Shown here in pieces: positions 63,345-64,000 of a DNA stretch of 64,000 nucleotides. The position numbers were made by a program, and so were the translations under genes. Every line of letters begins with the position of its first letter. The stretch's first letter is position 1. Source of the stretch: Mobula hypostoma (Eukaryota); contig NC_086109.1 in assembly GCF_963921235.1 (NCBI RefSeq), positions 31,436,001-31,500,000 of the forward strand, given 5' to 3'. Below the pieces are notes generated by a model, which searched no databases, was not told where the DNA came from, and was given only the letters and a program-made list of their open reading frames with translations.

Positions 63345-64000
63345 TTTAAGAGCATGAATCAGCACATGGAATTACGTTATTGTAGCCATTAGTGAGACTT
63401 GGTTGCAGGAAGGGCAGGGTTGGCAGACCAATGTTACCGGGTTCCATCGTTTTAGATGTGATAAGAGGGCGAGCGGTGGCATTACTGGTCATGGAAAAGG
63501 TCATGGTAGTGCTCAGACAGGACAGGCAAGAGAACTCGTCTAGTGAGGCTTTATGGGTAGAACTGAGGAATAAGAAAGGGATGATCATGTTAATGGGGCT
63601 ATTTTACAAACCGTCCAACAGCCCCCTGGATTTAGAGGAACAAATTGGTAGAGAGATCACAGACTGTTGCAAAAAACATAAGATTGTTGTAGCAGGTGAT
63701 TTTAACTTTCTACATATTGAATAGGACTCCCATTTTGTAAAAAGATTAGATGGGATAGATTTGTCAAATGTGTTCAGAAAAGTTTCCTTATTAAGTACAT
63801 AGAGGTCATAACAAGAAAGTGTGAAATACTTGATCTCCTATTAGGGATTAAGACAAGGCAGGAGATAAAAGTTTGTGTGGAGGAACACTTTGCATCTGTT
63901 GATCATAATGCCATAAGCTTCAAGGTAAATTTGGAAAAAGAATGGGTTGGTCCACAGGTTGAGATTCTAAATTGGAGAAAGGTCAGTTTTGACAGTATTA
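63345..64000 (+). mobile_element. CR1 ORF2 APE endonuclease region, running off the window
   Basis: SEALWVELRNKKG...FYKP.N...GDFNF and DHN motifs. Confidence 0.88.

Overview
Eukaryotic, repeat-dense intergenic or intronic DNA with no recognisable host exon. The repeat content (abundant CR1 LINEs with TCTTATGG/TTCTATGT tails, HE1-like V-SINEs, Rex/Babar, Neptune/Poseidon Penelope-like elements) suggests a cartilaginous fish, probably a ray or skate; this is an inference. Nearly all recognisable ORFs in the track are transposon debris. The window holds two Tf1/sushi-type chromoviral Gypsy elements, several solo LTRs, many CR1 copies, an L2 split by two Penelope-like elements (PLEs), R4/Dong and HERO restriction-like-endonuclease LINEs, an RTE-derived non-autonomous element, an 80-bp hAT MITE and a deleted epsilon-like endogenous retrovirus. 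Four signals stand out. (1) Three independent PLE insertions (about 1.8 kb, 212 bp and 102 bp) share the same asymmetric inverted ends with a ~37-45-nt tail and 14-15-bp TSDs, and the two larger ones carry minimal hammerhead ribozymes. (2) A Gypsy element has a perfect 11-nt self-priming PBS. (3) The ERV pol carries a candidate 2H-phosphoesterase domain. (4) There is a four-layer nest of retroelements. Family calls rest on motif recognition by eye; no database search was run, and boundaries without TSDs are approximate.
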